Source of the DNA: a virus
Lineage: Duplodnaviria; Caudoviricetes
Virus record (IMG/VR): IMGVR_UViG_3300020042_006369
Span: 1-25,217 of that record
Length of the DNA stretch: 25,217 nucleotides
Reading direction: 5' to 3' (one strand)
The notes beneath the pieces are model-generated. The model was not told the DNA's origin. It worked only from the letters and a program-made list of their open reading frames with translations, and ran no database searches. The number at the start of each line of letters is the position of its first letter. Position 1 is the first letter of the stretch. This document shows, piece after piece, positions 16,373 to 24,678 of the stretch. The translations under genes were made by a program, and so were the position numbers.

Positions 16373-16665
16373 CAACCAAAGTGCGTTGCGTGTTGTGCGG
16401 CACACGGTTTGATTCGGGGACCGCAGCAAAACGGGCAGCAGATTTCAACCGCCACAAATGCAACCGAATGAAACCCGTTGATGAACATGTCAACACACCC
16501 GTTGCCGTGGTCGGATTCGCTGCACTGATTGTTGGCCTCATGTTGCTGAATTGGTTTGTGATGTTGCTGGCATCATCGGATTGGATGACACCCGTTGCCG
16601 TGTTCATTGTGATCATGGCCGCCGGTGTCACGGTGTACAAACTGACTGAAAGGAACCCACAGTGA
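16369..16665 (+). CDS. Membrane protein with an N-terminal Zn-finger-like motif
   Basis: CVLC...HKC followed by two hydrophobic helices. Confidence 0.65.
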   Translation: MTTKVRCVLCGTRFDSGTAAKRAADFNRHKCNRMKPVDEHVNTPVAVVGFAALIVGLMLLNWFVMLLASSDWMTPVAVFIVIMAAGVTVYKLTERNPQ

Positions 16666-16747
16666 AACAGGCATGGCCGTTGATACTGTCCGCATTGATG
16701 TTTGTGATTTTGCTGGCATGGACCTACGCAATCAGCCGGGGGTTGTG

Positions 16748-17077
16748 ATGGCGAACGCCAACAAAATCAAAGGTGACGCAGCGGAACGCGAAGTGACCCG
16801 GTACCTGCAAGGGTCAGGGTTCACCGCCTCACGAATCCCGGCAGGTTCAAACGCAGATATTGGTGATGTGTGGTTGCCGCCGCCGTTGCCTGCGGTGCAG
16901 GTGAAGAACGTGGCCAAACTGGATTTGTCCGGTTGGTGCAATCAGGTTGATGAACAGGCATTGAACGCCAACCGTGAATGCGGTGTAGTTGTTCACAAAC
17001 GTCGGGGCAAATCTGACCCCGGTGATTGGTATGTCACGATGACGTTGCAAACCCTCACGAAACTTTTGAAAGGCTGA
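16748..17077 (+). CDS. Holliday junction resolvase (archaeal Hjc-like PD-(D/E)XK)
   Basis: NKIKGDAAERE, DIGD, VQVKN, VVVHKRRG and WYV motifs. An alternative start lies at 16673. Confidence 0.8.
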   Translation: MANANKIKGDAAEREVTRYLQGSGFTASRIPAGSNADIGDVWLPPPLPAVQVKNVAKLDLSGWCNQVDEQALNANRECGVVVHKRRGKSDPGDWYVTMTLQTLTKLLKG

Positions 17078-17079
17078 TC

Positions 17080-17289
17080 ATGGACACATTCAATTTGGAC
17101 ACGCTGAACCGCATGTGGGATACATTGCATGCCGCTGCACATGCTGATGAACCTGACATGGAACTTTATTTGGATGCTGCTGATGCGTTGCAAATGTGTT
17201 TGGACCGCATTGACCATTTGGAACAAATCCAATCAAACCTGCGGGCTGAACTGCAACGGCAGCGTGCAATGGAAGGTGCAGGGTATTGA
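17080..17289 (+). CDS. Hypothetical coiled-coil protein
   Basis: AAAGG RBS. Pattern DAADAL...IDHLE. Confidence 0.6.
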   Translation: MDTFNLDTLNRMWDTLHAAAHADEPDMELYLDAADALQMCLDRIDHLEQIQSNLRAELQRQRAMEGAGY

Positions 17290-17654
17290 ACGCAAAACCT
17301 GATGCACCGGGTGCATGGGCTGATGAAGCGGCATGCAAAGGAATGTTGCAAACGTTCTATGTGAACCCCAACAACAAAACCGTGGTTGACCGTGCCGTTG
17401 CCGTATGTTTCACCTGTCCGGTTGTTATGGAATGCCAACAGTATGCGTTGGCGAACAATGAGGAATACGGCATTTGGGGTGGGATGACACCGGAACAGCG
17501 GCGTGAGAACACCACACCGAAACGCAAACGTGCGTTGGTGGTTTCATGTGGCACATCATCCGGGTATGTGAAGGGCTGCCGATGCGGTCTGTGCCGTCAG
17601 GCTCACAGCAATGCGGTGCGTGACTATCGGGAACGGAAACGTTTGCAACGGTGA
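17286..17654 (+). CDS. whiB: WhiB-family Fe-S transcription factor with a C-terminal Cys-rich extension
   Basis: W...AAC, CFTCPV..EC and GIWGG.T..QR give the four-Cys WhiB signature. TTG start is tentative. Confidence 0.9.
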   Translation: MNAKPDAPGAWADEAACKGMLQTFYVNPNNKTVVDRAVAVCFTCPVVMECQQYALANNEEYGIWGGMTPEQRRENTTPKRKRALVVSCGTSSGYVKGCRCGLCRQAHSNAVRDYRERKRLQR

Positions 17655-17657
17655 CTG

Positions 17658-17888
17658 TCACACAAGGCGGGTACGGTTTCGATACCAGCGAACAGCGCCG
17701 GCACCGTTCACGATTTGCCACAAAACGAACATGGCCAAAAAGCCGGGTTGACCGGTCACAACTGAGAACACACACCACGGCCATGAATGCAGCAACACAA
17801 CAACGAAACCCCACCAGTGGCCGCGACTGATTGACCATTGACCAAACACACCCACCAGTTCAAAACACAACAAAATCCACGGCCACAT
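17658..17888 (-). CDS. Small multi-TM membrane protein (PnuC-like half-transporter resemblance)
   Basis: Trp-rich with three hydrophobic segments and a TGQPGF motif. Fits the gap between two + strand genes exactly. TAGAAT lies 6 nt upstream of the ATG. Confidence 0.7.
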   Translation of the reverse strand: MWPWILLCFELVGVFGQWSISRGHWWGFVVVLLHSWPWCVFSVVTGQPGFLAMFVLWQIVNGAGAVRWYRNRTRLV

Positions 17889-17894
17889 CAGGCC

Positions 17895-17900
17895 ATTCTA
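17895..17900 (-). promoter_or_regulatory. -10 box (TAGAAT) for a leaderless minus-strand gene
   Basis: The minus strand reads TAGAAT-GGCCTG-ATG, the same geometry as repeat P. No convincing -35. Confidence 0.55.
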
Positions 17901-17918
17901 AACGGGAGAAAACAAACA

Positions 17919-19490
17919 ATGACAGACATGATTGGGCAACCCATCGGGGACACAGTGCGCCGTGACCGTTGGGGCCGCTATCAGGTGTTACCGCCGAAAG
18001 GTGAGAAGGTGCAGGGGTACACGCGTGCCACCACAGTGGCCAAAGCATTGGATGACACCAGCAGCCTGATGACATGGAACGCACGCATGACCGCATTGGG
18101 ATTGGCGGCGCGCGCCGATTTGTACGCAGCCCTAACTACTGCTGACCCTGATGACCGCAAAACCATTGATGGCATTTGCCAACGTGCCAGTGAAGCCGGT
18201 GGCGCAACCGTTCGCCGTGACTTGGGCACTGCCATTCACGCCATGCTGGAACAGTCCTACACAAACCCTGACTATGTGGCACCTCAGCAGTTTCGTGCCG
18301 ACATTGAAGCGGTGCATCAGGCATTGGCTGATGCAGGCGCACGGGTGTTGCCGGAATATGTGGAACGCATGGTGGTGTTGGATGGTCCGCAAATCGCAGG
18401 CACCTGTGATGGTGTGTTGGAAATCGGTGGGCAACGGTTCCTGTTCGATAACAAAACCGGTTCACTGACCAGTTTGAAATTTGGCAATCTTGCATGGGCT
18501 ATTCAGATGGCGATTTATTCGCAGGCTGATGCCCTCTACACGCAAGGTGCCGCCGCTGACGGTTCGCAGGATGTGCGTGAACCTATGCCTGATGTGAGTC
18601 GGGAACGCGCGGTGATTGTTCACATTGAACCGAACAGTGCCGCATGCACGTTGCATTGGATTGATTTGACTGTTGGGGCTGATGCGTTGCAGGTGGCGTT
18701 GGATGTGCGCCGGTTTCGGAAGGTGAAACCGTTGGAACCGTTCACAACCCGCCAGTCAGTTCAGGGAATGGGCAATGAACCTGCCCCGGCTGATCAGGCA
18801 GACCGGTGGCGTGAATCGACACGGCAACGGTTGATGGCGATTGTTGCCAACAGCGAGGCCAAACAGATGGTGGCGCACATGTGGCCTGTCGGGGTTCCCA
18901 CAATCAAATCAGGCGACCCCATCACCGTGGCCCAACAGGGGCAGGTTGATGAAGTGTTGGCCCTGATTGAACGTGAACATGGGCTGCCGTTCCCTGAGAT
19001 TGACACCACACCCCCCCAAATGGCCCCTGAAGCCCCAGCAACCCCGAAACGCCTACCTGCCCCCGATGAGGGCAGGAACGTCACACAGGCCGAAATAGAC
19101 GGACTGACGGCATTGGCGCAGGAACTGCCGGAAAACTGCCGTGCCATTGTCAATGACGCAATGAAGGCCTGCACCAAAGCCAACCGGCCAATCAGATTGA
19201 CAGGGCGAGGCGGCAAACCAACCGAACATCGGCTGGAAGTTTGCAAGGCACTGGTTGCCCTCGCCCATTTCGATGATGTGGGGTTGATCATGGCCGCAGT
19301 TGCTATTGCTACAGGTGTGGCGCGTAGAAATGCAGACGCATTGGGTGACACGTTGGGTGGTCTCACCATTCAACAGGCACGCAATGCGCAGGGTGTTGCC
19401 AAAGAAATTGCAGCCGGGTCATTGATCCCAATGTGGGATGACGACGGCAACGCATATTTGTTTGGCGACTGGCCACCGGTCACAAAGTGA
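17919..19490 (+). CDS. PD-(D/E)XK exonuclease (Cas4/RecE-like) with a long C-terminal extension
   Basis: RDRWGRY, YTRATT, GTAIHAMLE, ERMVV, IAGTCDG, FDNKTG and QMAIYS motifs. GGGAG RBS. Confidence 0.8.
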   Translation: MTDMIGQPIGDTVRRDRWGRYQVLPPKGEKVQGYTRATTVAKALDDTSSLMTWNARMTALGLAARADLYAALTTADPDDRKTIDGICQRASEAGGATVRRDLGTAIHAMLEQSYTNPDYVAPQQFRADIEAVHQALADAGARVLPEYVERMVVLDGPQIAGTCDGVLEIGGQRFLFDNKTGSLTSLKFGNLAWAIQMAIYSQADALYTQGAAADGSQDVREPMPDVSRERAVIVHIEPNSAACTLHWIDLTVGADALQVALDVRRFRKVKPLEPFTTRQSVQGMGNEPAPADQADRWRESTRQRLMAIVANSEAKQMVAHMWPVGVPTIKSGDPITVAQQGQVDEVLALIEREHGLPFPEIDTTPPQMAPEAPATPKRLPAPDEGRNVTQAEIDGLTALAQELPENCRAIVNDAMKACTKANRPIRLTGRGGKPTEHRLEVCKALVALAHFDDVGLIMAAVAIATGVARRNADALGDTLGGLTIQQARNAQGVAKEIAAGSLIPMWDDDGNAYLFGDWPPVTK

Positions 19491-19537
19491 CCACGGCAAA
19501 CACAAACAACAACAACAACAGAAACGGAAACACTGAC

Positions 19538-19960
19538 ATGTCCATTGACCCATCAATCATTGCCGATTTCACCGCCACCACAGGTGACGTTGCCAAATGG
19601 GAAAACATCGGTGACACACGCAAAGTGCGCATTGCCACCGCAACCAAACAACAGGTGACAAACTTCGCGACCGGTGAACCTGAAACATGGGGCAACGGTG
19701 AACCAAAGTGGCAGTTGGTGTTCACCGGCACCGACCCCGACACTGGCGACGACACCCGCATTTTTGCAAAAGGGTTCATGTTCACCGCAGTCAAAAAGTG
19801 TTTTGCCGCAATGGGTAAGGTGCCTGAAGTTGGTGGTGTTCTCGCGATCCAATGGACCGGCGAAGAACCCGCAAAGGTGAAGGGTTACAACCCATCGAAA
19901 ACATGGCGTGCGCAGTATGCACCGCCTGCAATCACTATTGATGTTGACGATATCATCTGA
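19538..19960 (+). CDS. Putative single-stranded DNA-binding protein
   Basis: Q..NF.TGEPETW.NGEPKWQL pattern, OB-like beta content and an acidic C-terminus (DVDDII). Directly after the exonuclease. Confidence 0.55.
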   Translation: MSIDPSIIADFTATTGDVAKWENIGDTRKVRIATATKQQVTNFATGEPETWGNGEPKWQLVFTGTDPDTGDDTRIFAKGFMFTAVKKCFAAMGKVPEVGGVLAIQWTGEEPAKVKGYNPSKTWRAQYAPPAITIDVDDII

Positions 19961-19966
19961 CAGTTT

Positions 19967-20060
19967 TACCGGCACCGGGTCATGTTCCCCCGCCATCCGT
20001 GACACGGTGCCGGTAGTTACTCAGCCCCCACACACATGCACGGGCAGTGTGTGGGGGCTG
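19967..20060 (+). other. Two tandem intergenic hairpins (terminator-like or structured RNA)
   Basis: TACCGGCACCG (19967-77) / CGGTGCCGGTA (20005-15), and CAGCCCCCACACAC (20022-35) / GTGTGTGGGGGCTG (20047-60). Confidence 0.7.
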
Positions 20061-20108
20061 TTGCATACTCACCCACAATCGAAATCAAACAATCACGCAA
20101 AGGAAAAA

Positions 20109-20516
20109 ATGAACAACCTTTTTGACAACGATGAACTACCTGCCACGCCTTACGCTGGAACATCAGGATGGTCCGGCAGTGACACATCACAGGAACGGGC
20201 AAAACGCAATGATGCAAACGGCACAACATCCACCACGCAACATGCAATATTGGATGCGGTTGAATCATCAGGGTTTCACGGCATGACAATTGCAGAGATT
20301 CGCGAACAGTTCCCCGACCGGCATCACGGCACACTTTCCGGTGCGCTCACAGTTCTACACATGGAAGGGCATTTGTTGCGGTTGGCTGCAAAACGCAGTG
20401 CATGCAAAATCTATGTTGCGCCCCGCTATCAATCCGGGCGTGACATTGAACAACCGACACGCAACCGGCACATGCCAACCGCCTGCCCGCATTGCGGTGG
20501 CGATTTGTCACAATGA
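20109..20516 (+). CDS. Putative winged-HTH DNA-binding protein with C-terminal CPHC
   Basis: Q.AILDAV..SG.HGMT.AEI.....HHGTLSGALTVLH.EG.L pattern. AAAGGA RBS. Confidence 0.6.
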   Translation: MNNLFDNDELPATPYAGTSGWSGSDTSQERAKRNDANGTTSTTQHAILDAVESSGFHGMTIAEIREQFPDRHHGTLSGALTVLHMEGHLLRLAAKRSACKIYVAPRYQSGRDIEQPTRNRHMPTACPHCGGDLSQ

Positions 20517-20570
20517 AATGCCGGATCAGGTAGTTGTTTTTACTCACCCACAACTGGAATGGATTGAACG

Positions 20571-20756
20571 GTGCGCAAAAATGAAACGCACATTGAAGTA
20601 TCACATGACCGCACAACAGGCAGGTTTGTGATTGCTGTTGTACGCGGTGCCGATTGGGTGTTTGTTCGTGATGAACCAATTTTGGTTGATGCATTGCAAA
20701 TTGCGCAGCGTGCCGCCAACAATTTGGGTATCCGTGTCACAGAAAAAATGATGTGA
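20571..20756 (+). CDS. Hypothetical protein
   Basis: GTG start, overlaps the next gene start, protein-like composition. Confidence 0.5.
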   Translation: MRKNETHIEVSHDRTTGRFVIAVVRGADWVFVRDEPILVDALQIAQRAANNLGIRVTEKMM

Positions 20757-21031
20757 TGCGTCACGGACCTGACCCATACGCCCGTGTGCTGGAACTGTTC
20801 GATGAATGGCAGACACAACACCCCGAACCAACCAAACAACTGTTGGAACAAACCACCCGGCTGCACAACATCACACAAACCGGCAACCAACTGGCCGATG
20901 CACTCACCACCATCACCACCACAGAACGTGACCGCATCAAAGGATCATGGCAAATCATGATCAGCAATCAACTACTGACCGAAATGTTGCACACACTTGA
21001 TGTGTGGCGTGAACTAACAAAACCGCAATGA
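20756..21031 (+). CDS. Hypothetical protein
   Basis: TGATG coupling upstream and ATGA coupling downstream. Confidence 0.6.
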   Translation: MRHGPDPYARVLELFDEWQTQHPEPTKQLLEQTTRLHNITQTGNQLADALTTITTTERDRIKGSWQIMISNQLLTEMLHTLDVWRELTKPQ

Positions 21032-21198
21032 AACAAACATGGATTTGCAAACGATGCGGCAACACCTACACAACCGGCATCACAATCCGTGAAGTTTCCT
21101 GTGCAACATGCACACGCAAACAAAGGAACAAACTGCAATGGATGCAACTAGACACAACACAATCATCACCGCCGTCATCATCGGATTCACCGGGCTGA
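21028..21198 (+). CDS. Small zinc-ribbon protein (not in the ORF track)
   Basis: [28 protein letters not shown]..., with ATGA coupling. Its 3' end overlaps the Rpf gene by about 60 nt. Confidence 0.55.
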   Translation: MKQTWICKRCGNTYTTGITIREVSCATCTRKQRNKLQWMQLDTTQSSPPSSSDSPG

Positions 21199-21632
21199 TG
21201 TTCACCGCCTGCACCACAGGCACAGAACCGCAGCCGGAACCTGTCGCAATCGAATACGCAACCGCAGACCAGCACAGTGCAGCGGCACAGGCATTGGCTG
21301 AACTGAACACCTACCTGCAAACCATCACCACAACCACCACTGTCCCGAAACCGCCAACCACTCAACAACCTGATGCAAACATGTGGGATGCCCTCGCAGA
21401 ATGTGAAACCGGTGGGAACTGGTCAGCGAACACAGGCAACGGATACGGGGGCGGATTGCAATTTGCACACACCGCGCGTTGGTCAACATGGCGCGCATAC
21501 GGTGGCGAAACCTACGCCCCACATCCGTGGGAAGCATCACGGGAACAACAAATCGATGTTGGGCAGCGGGTGTTGGAATCGGCAGGGTTCAAAGCGTGGC
21601 CGGGTTGCGCGCGCAAACAAGGATGGTTATGA
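21138..21632 (+). CDS. Resuscitation-promoting-factor (Rpf) family lytic transglycosylase, predicted lipoprotein
   Basis: [27 protein letters not shown]...TWRAYGG...ASREQQI.V...VL..AG..AWPGC is the complete Rpf core with the catalytic Glu and both Cys. Signal peptide ends in FTAC, followed by a Thr/Pro linker. Confidence 0.92.
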   Translation: MDATRHNTIITAVIIGFTGLMFTACTTGTEPQPEPVAIEYATADQHSAAAQALAELNTYLQTITTTTTVPKPPTTQQPDANMWDALAECETGGNWSANTGNGYGGGLQFAHTARWSTWRAYGGETYAPHPWEASREQQIDVGQRVLESAGFKAWPGCARKQGWL

Positions 21633-21703
21633 ACATGGAACACCCACAAATTATGCGCTGCCCGTACTGTGAATATTTCATTTGTAGGTGTCCCGATGAA
21701 TGA
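21629..21703 (+). CDS. Possible 24 aa Cys-rich micro-protein
   Basis: [28 protein letters not shown]-coupled to the Rpf gene and overlaps the next start. Confidence 0.4.
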   Translation: MNMEHPQIMRCPYCEYFICRCPDE

Positions 21704-21914
21704 CATTCTGACCCGGCTGCAAACAGTTGTTGAACACGCACAAATTGGGGTTGATCCTGTTTGGTTGAAAATGGCCATCACAGAAATCCAACAACTACGC
21801 ACCGAAAACACACAACTGGCAACGCTGCTGTTGTCACAGAAAGTGTTTGTGCATGAAACCATCACCACACAAGTTGATGAAACATTGAAACCGTACATAG
21901 GGGGAAACCTGTGA
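21696..21914 (+). CDS. Hypothetical protein
   Basis: AGGTG RBS. Pattern DIL.RL...A..EI..LR. Confidence 0.65.
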   Translation: MNDILTRLQTVVEHAQIGVDPVWLKMAITEIQQLRTENTQLATLLLSQKVFVHETITTQVDETLKPYIGGNL

Positions 21915-22063
21915 AATGCCCGAACTGCACACACATCGTTGCCATTGGCAAAGGGTGGGGTGTGTCACGCCGCTTTTGCAGCCGCACCTGTGCCAGTGAC
22001 TACGCACTGAAATCAATCAAAACCGTGAAAACCGACATTGAAACCACAACAGCAAAGGACTGA
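21911..22063 (+). CDS. Small FCS-type zinc-finger protein (not in the ORF track)
   Basis: MKCPNC...RRFCSRTCA. GTGA overlap and AGGGGGA RBS. Confidence 0.65.
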   Translation: MKCPNCTHIVAIGKGWGVSRRFCSRTCASDYALKSIKTVKTDIETTTAKD

Positions 22064-22068
22064 AAACA

Positions 22069-22278
22069 ATGGACACTGAAACATGGGCAATGGCCCCCAC
22101 CACTGAATGCATCATTGAAGCCGGGTGTTTGTTCGCACACAAGGCAGGCATGTACGAATGCCCCGGATGTTTAGGAAACGGCAGGCGCGCGCTATTAGGT
22201 GCCGCCATCACAATCACCGTTGCACTAGACCATCACGGCAACCCTGTTGGAATCGACACAAAGGACTACGGGCAATGA
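22069..22278 (+). CDS. Hypothetical protein (Cys-containing)
   Basis: AAAGGA RBS, C...H...CPGC pattern and ATGA coupling. Confidence 0.6.
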   Translation: MDTETWAMAPTTECIIEAGCLFAHKAGMYECPGCLGNGRRALLGAAITITVALDHHGNPVGIDTKDYGQ

Positions 22279-22457
22279 ACCCTGACGAAACACTAGATGC
22301 GTTACGTCTGCAACGGTATTGGCTAGACCTAGACACACTTGATGATGACCTGAAAAACGGCATTGAACTGATTGAACAGTTGATGCAAGAAATGGCAACC
22401 CATCGTGCCGGATGGATGGAAGTGCTGACCATCTTGGGTGATGCCGCCAATGGATGA
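22275..22457 (+). CDS. Hypothetical protein
   Basis: AAGGA RBS. Overlaps the start of the primase gene. Confidence 0.6.
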   Translation: MNPDETLDALRLQRYWLDLDTLDDDLKNGIELIEQLMQEMATHRAGWMEVLTILGDAANG

Positions 22458-24669
22458 TGTCATCGACTACGCAGAAACCTACGCAGCAAACGGCTGGCCC
22501 GTCATCCCAATCATTCCCGGTGGCAAACGCCCGCCAATGCATTCATGGCAACACGTCGCCACCACACAACTAGAAACAATCCACCAGTGGTTTGCCAACC
22601 AATACATTGGCCACGGCATAGGTGTTGCAACAGGCAACGGGCTGTTCATTTTGGACATTGACGTTGCCGACGGCAAAGCCGGTGATGAAACACTGCACGA
22701 ACTAGAACGCCTGCACGGAACCTTGCCCGACACTGCCACAGTGCTCACCGGATCAGGCGGGGTGCACTACTACTTCACCCACCCTGACCACATTGAAATC
22801 CGCAACGATGCAGGCAGACGATTAGGGCAAGGCATAGATGTGCGCGGCACCGGCGGGCAATGCGTGGCACCACCAACAGTGCATGCCAACGGAACCCCCT
22901 ACACATGGGTAGGTGGCGAACCTGCACCCATCGCACCCGCCCCGGCATGGTTGCTGCACCTACTCACCCACACAGAACCCCCACGACATCACGACATCAC
23001 GACATCATCCACAGTGTCATCCACACCTGTGGACGATTCCATTGCAGCCCGATACAACCAAAACACCACATGGCCCGAACTGCTCACCGCCGATGGTTGG
23101 ACACACGCCTTCACCGACAGAACCGGTGAACAACATTGGACACGCCCCGGCAAAGATGACGGCACCAGCGCAACCGTGAACTGGAACGGGCAGGACATGA
23201 TGCGAGTGTTCACCACATCAATCCAATGGCTACCTGAGGCCGCTTATTCACGGTTTGGGTATTACGCCTGTCGGTTCCACAATGGTGACCGGTCAGCAGC
23301 AGCCCGGTACCTGAACGAACTGGAAACCGCAGCATTCAACACATGGCAAAACAACCTGCCCATCACACCAACCCACACACCCACCACCCCGGCAGATGAA
23401 TCAGAACTGCAACACGGATGGGAACCCACAGACCTTGCCGCCATCATCAACACCGGATGGGAACCCGTAAAACCTGAACTGCTGCAACGCACCGATGGTG
23501 CCTGCCTGTTCTACCCGCAACGCATCAACGCCCTCTATGGGGAATCCGGCAGCGGCAAAACATGGGTGGCCATGACCACCGCAGCCCAAACCATCCACAA
23601 ACACCAACGTGTCCTGTTCTTAGATTTTGAAGATCACCCCGGCAGTGTCACCGACCGCATGCGCCAGTTGGGATGTGACGACACGGAACTGATTGAACGA
23701 TTCACCTACATCAGCCCCGTCATGCCATTCACCGAACGGGCAGGGCACTATTTGGAACAACTGATCATCACCCTGAACATCACCCTGTGCATCATCGATT
23801 CAACCGGCGAGGCCGTCAGCATGGACGGCATCAACCCCAACGCTGATGAAGAAATCGCTGCATGGTTTCGGAAAGTACCGCGACGCATCACCCGTGCCGG
23901 TGCAACCGTCCTACTGCTGGACCATGTGCCCAAATCAAATGAATCCAACAAACGGTTTGCCATCGGATCACAACGCAAACTGGCCGCCATTGATGGTGCC
24001 AGTTACCGGGTGGATGCAACCACACCCCCGGCCAAAGGCATGGAAGGCAAACTGAAACTGACCGTGGCCAAAGACAGACACGGCAACTATCAGCACGGGG
24101 CAACCGTCGCCAACATCACAGTCACAGACACACAAACTGGTGTGCATGTCACCGTGACAGACCCCAATCACACCCAACCCAACGCCATCATGGAAACCAT
24201 CAGCCGTGTGTTGGGCATGGGAACCACCACACAAAACAGGTTGATGGACGCATGCAACCCACACCCCCGCCGACAGGTGAAGGATGCACTTGAAGAAATG
24301 ATTGCGTTGGGATATGTGGAACGCACCGTGAGAACAGGCAAAGGCGGTGGGTTCAACCTCACCCTGCTGCAACGATTTGACCCCATCGACACACTGACAA
24401 TTGACCCAATCAACAGTGACGAAACAACGCCACAAACGCCACACAACCAACAGCCTGAACCTAACTGTTCCAACCGCGCCGAACTGTTCCAACCGAACAC
24501 GGAACAGTTGCCAACATCTAACTGTTCCAACCGCGCCGCCCCTTTACTAAAAGGGGCGCACGGAACAGTTGATGGGACAGAAAAAACAGAACCCAAAACA
24601 CCCAACCGTTCCACACCCGCTGAAACAGTTACACCCCCCCAACCCATCGAACCATTCAACCCGTTCTGA
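22450..24669 (+). CDS. Bifunctional DNA primase/polymerase (Prim-Pol) fused to an AAA/RecA-like helicase
   Basis: N-terminal GWPVIP, KRP, ILDID, TGSGGVHYYF, GIDVRG.GG.CVAPPTVH. C-terminal Walker A GESGSGKT, LDFED, Walker B CIIDS, LLDH and AKDR. Confidence 0.92.
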   Translation: MDDVIDYAETYAANGWPVIPIIPGGKRPPMHSWQHVATTQLETIHQWFANQYIGHGIGVATGNGLFILDIDVADGKAGDETLHELERLHGTLPDTATVLTGSGGVHYYFTHPDHIEIRNDAGRRLGQGIDVRGTGGQCVAPPTVHANGTPYTWVGGEPAPIAPAPAWLLHLLTHTEPPRHHDITTSSTVSSTPVDDSIAARYNQNTTWPELLTADGWTHAFTDRTGEQHWTRPGKDDGTSATVNWNGQDMMRVFTTSIQWLPEAAYSRFGYYACRFHNGDRSAAARYLNELETAAFNTWQNNLPITPTHTPTTPADESELQHGWEPTDLAAIINTGWEPVKPELLQRTDGACLFYPQRINALYGESGSGKTWVAMTTAAQTIHKHQRVLFLDFEDHPGSVTDRMRQLGCDDTELIERFTYISPVMPFTERAGHYLEQLIITLNITLCIIDSTGEAVSMDGINPNADEEIAAWFRKVPRRITRAGATVLLLDHVPKSNESNKRFAIGSQRKLAAIDGASYRVDATTPPAKGMEGKLKLTVAKDRHGNYQHGATVANITVTDTQTGVHVTVTDPNHTQPNAIMETISRVLGMGTTTQNRLMDACNPHPRRQVKDALEEMIALGYVERTVRTGKGGGFNLTLLQRFDPIDTLTIDPINSDETTPQTPHNQQPEPNCSNRAELFQPNTEQLPTSNCSNRAAPLLKGAHGTVDGTEKTEPKTPNRSTPAETVTPPQPIEPFNPF
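24461..24630. repeat. Iteron-like direct and inverted repeat cluster (candidate replication origin)
   Basis: AACTGTTCC at 24463, 24482 and 24520. Its reverse complement GGAACAGTT at 24501 and 24562. One-mismatch copies at 24604 and 24622. Palindrome CGCCCCTTT-ACTA-AAAGGGGCG at 24537-58. Confidence 0.75.
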
Positions 24670-24678
24670 AAGGCTCAC

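Noticed and set aside
17919-19490. Cas4-like nuclease as evidence of a CRISPR system
   Set aside because: Stand-alone PD-(D/E)XK exonucleases are routine in actinophage recombination modules.
19505-19520. (AAC)n microsatellite read as poly-Asn in an ORF starting at 19487
   Set aside because: More likely an unstructured A/C-rich leader before ATG 19538, like other leaders in this genome.
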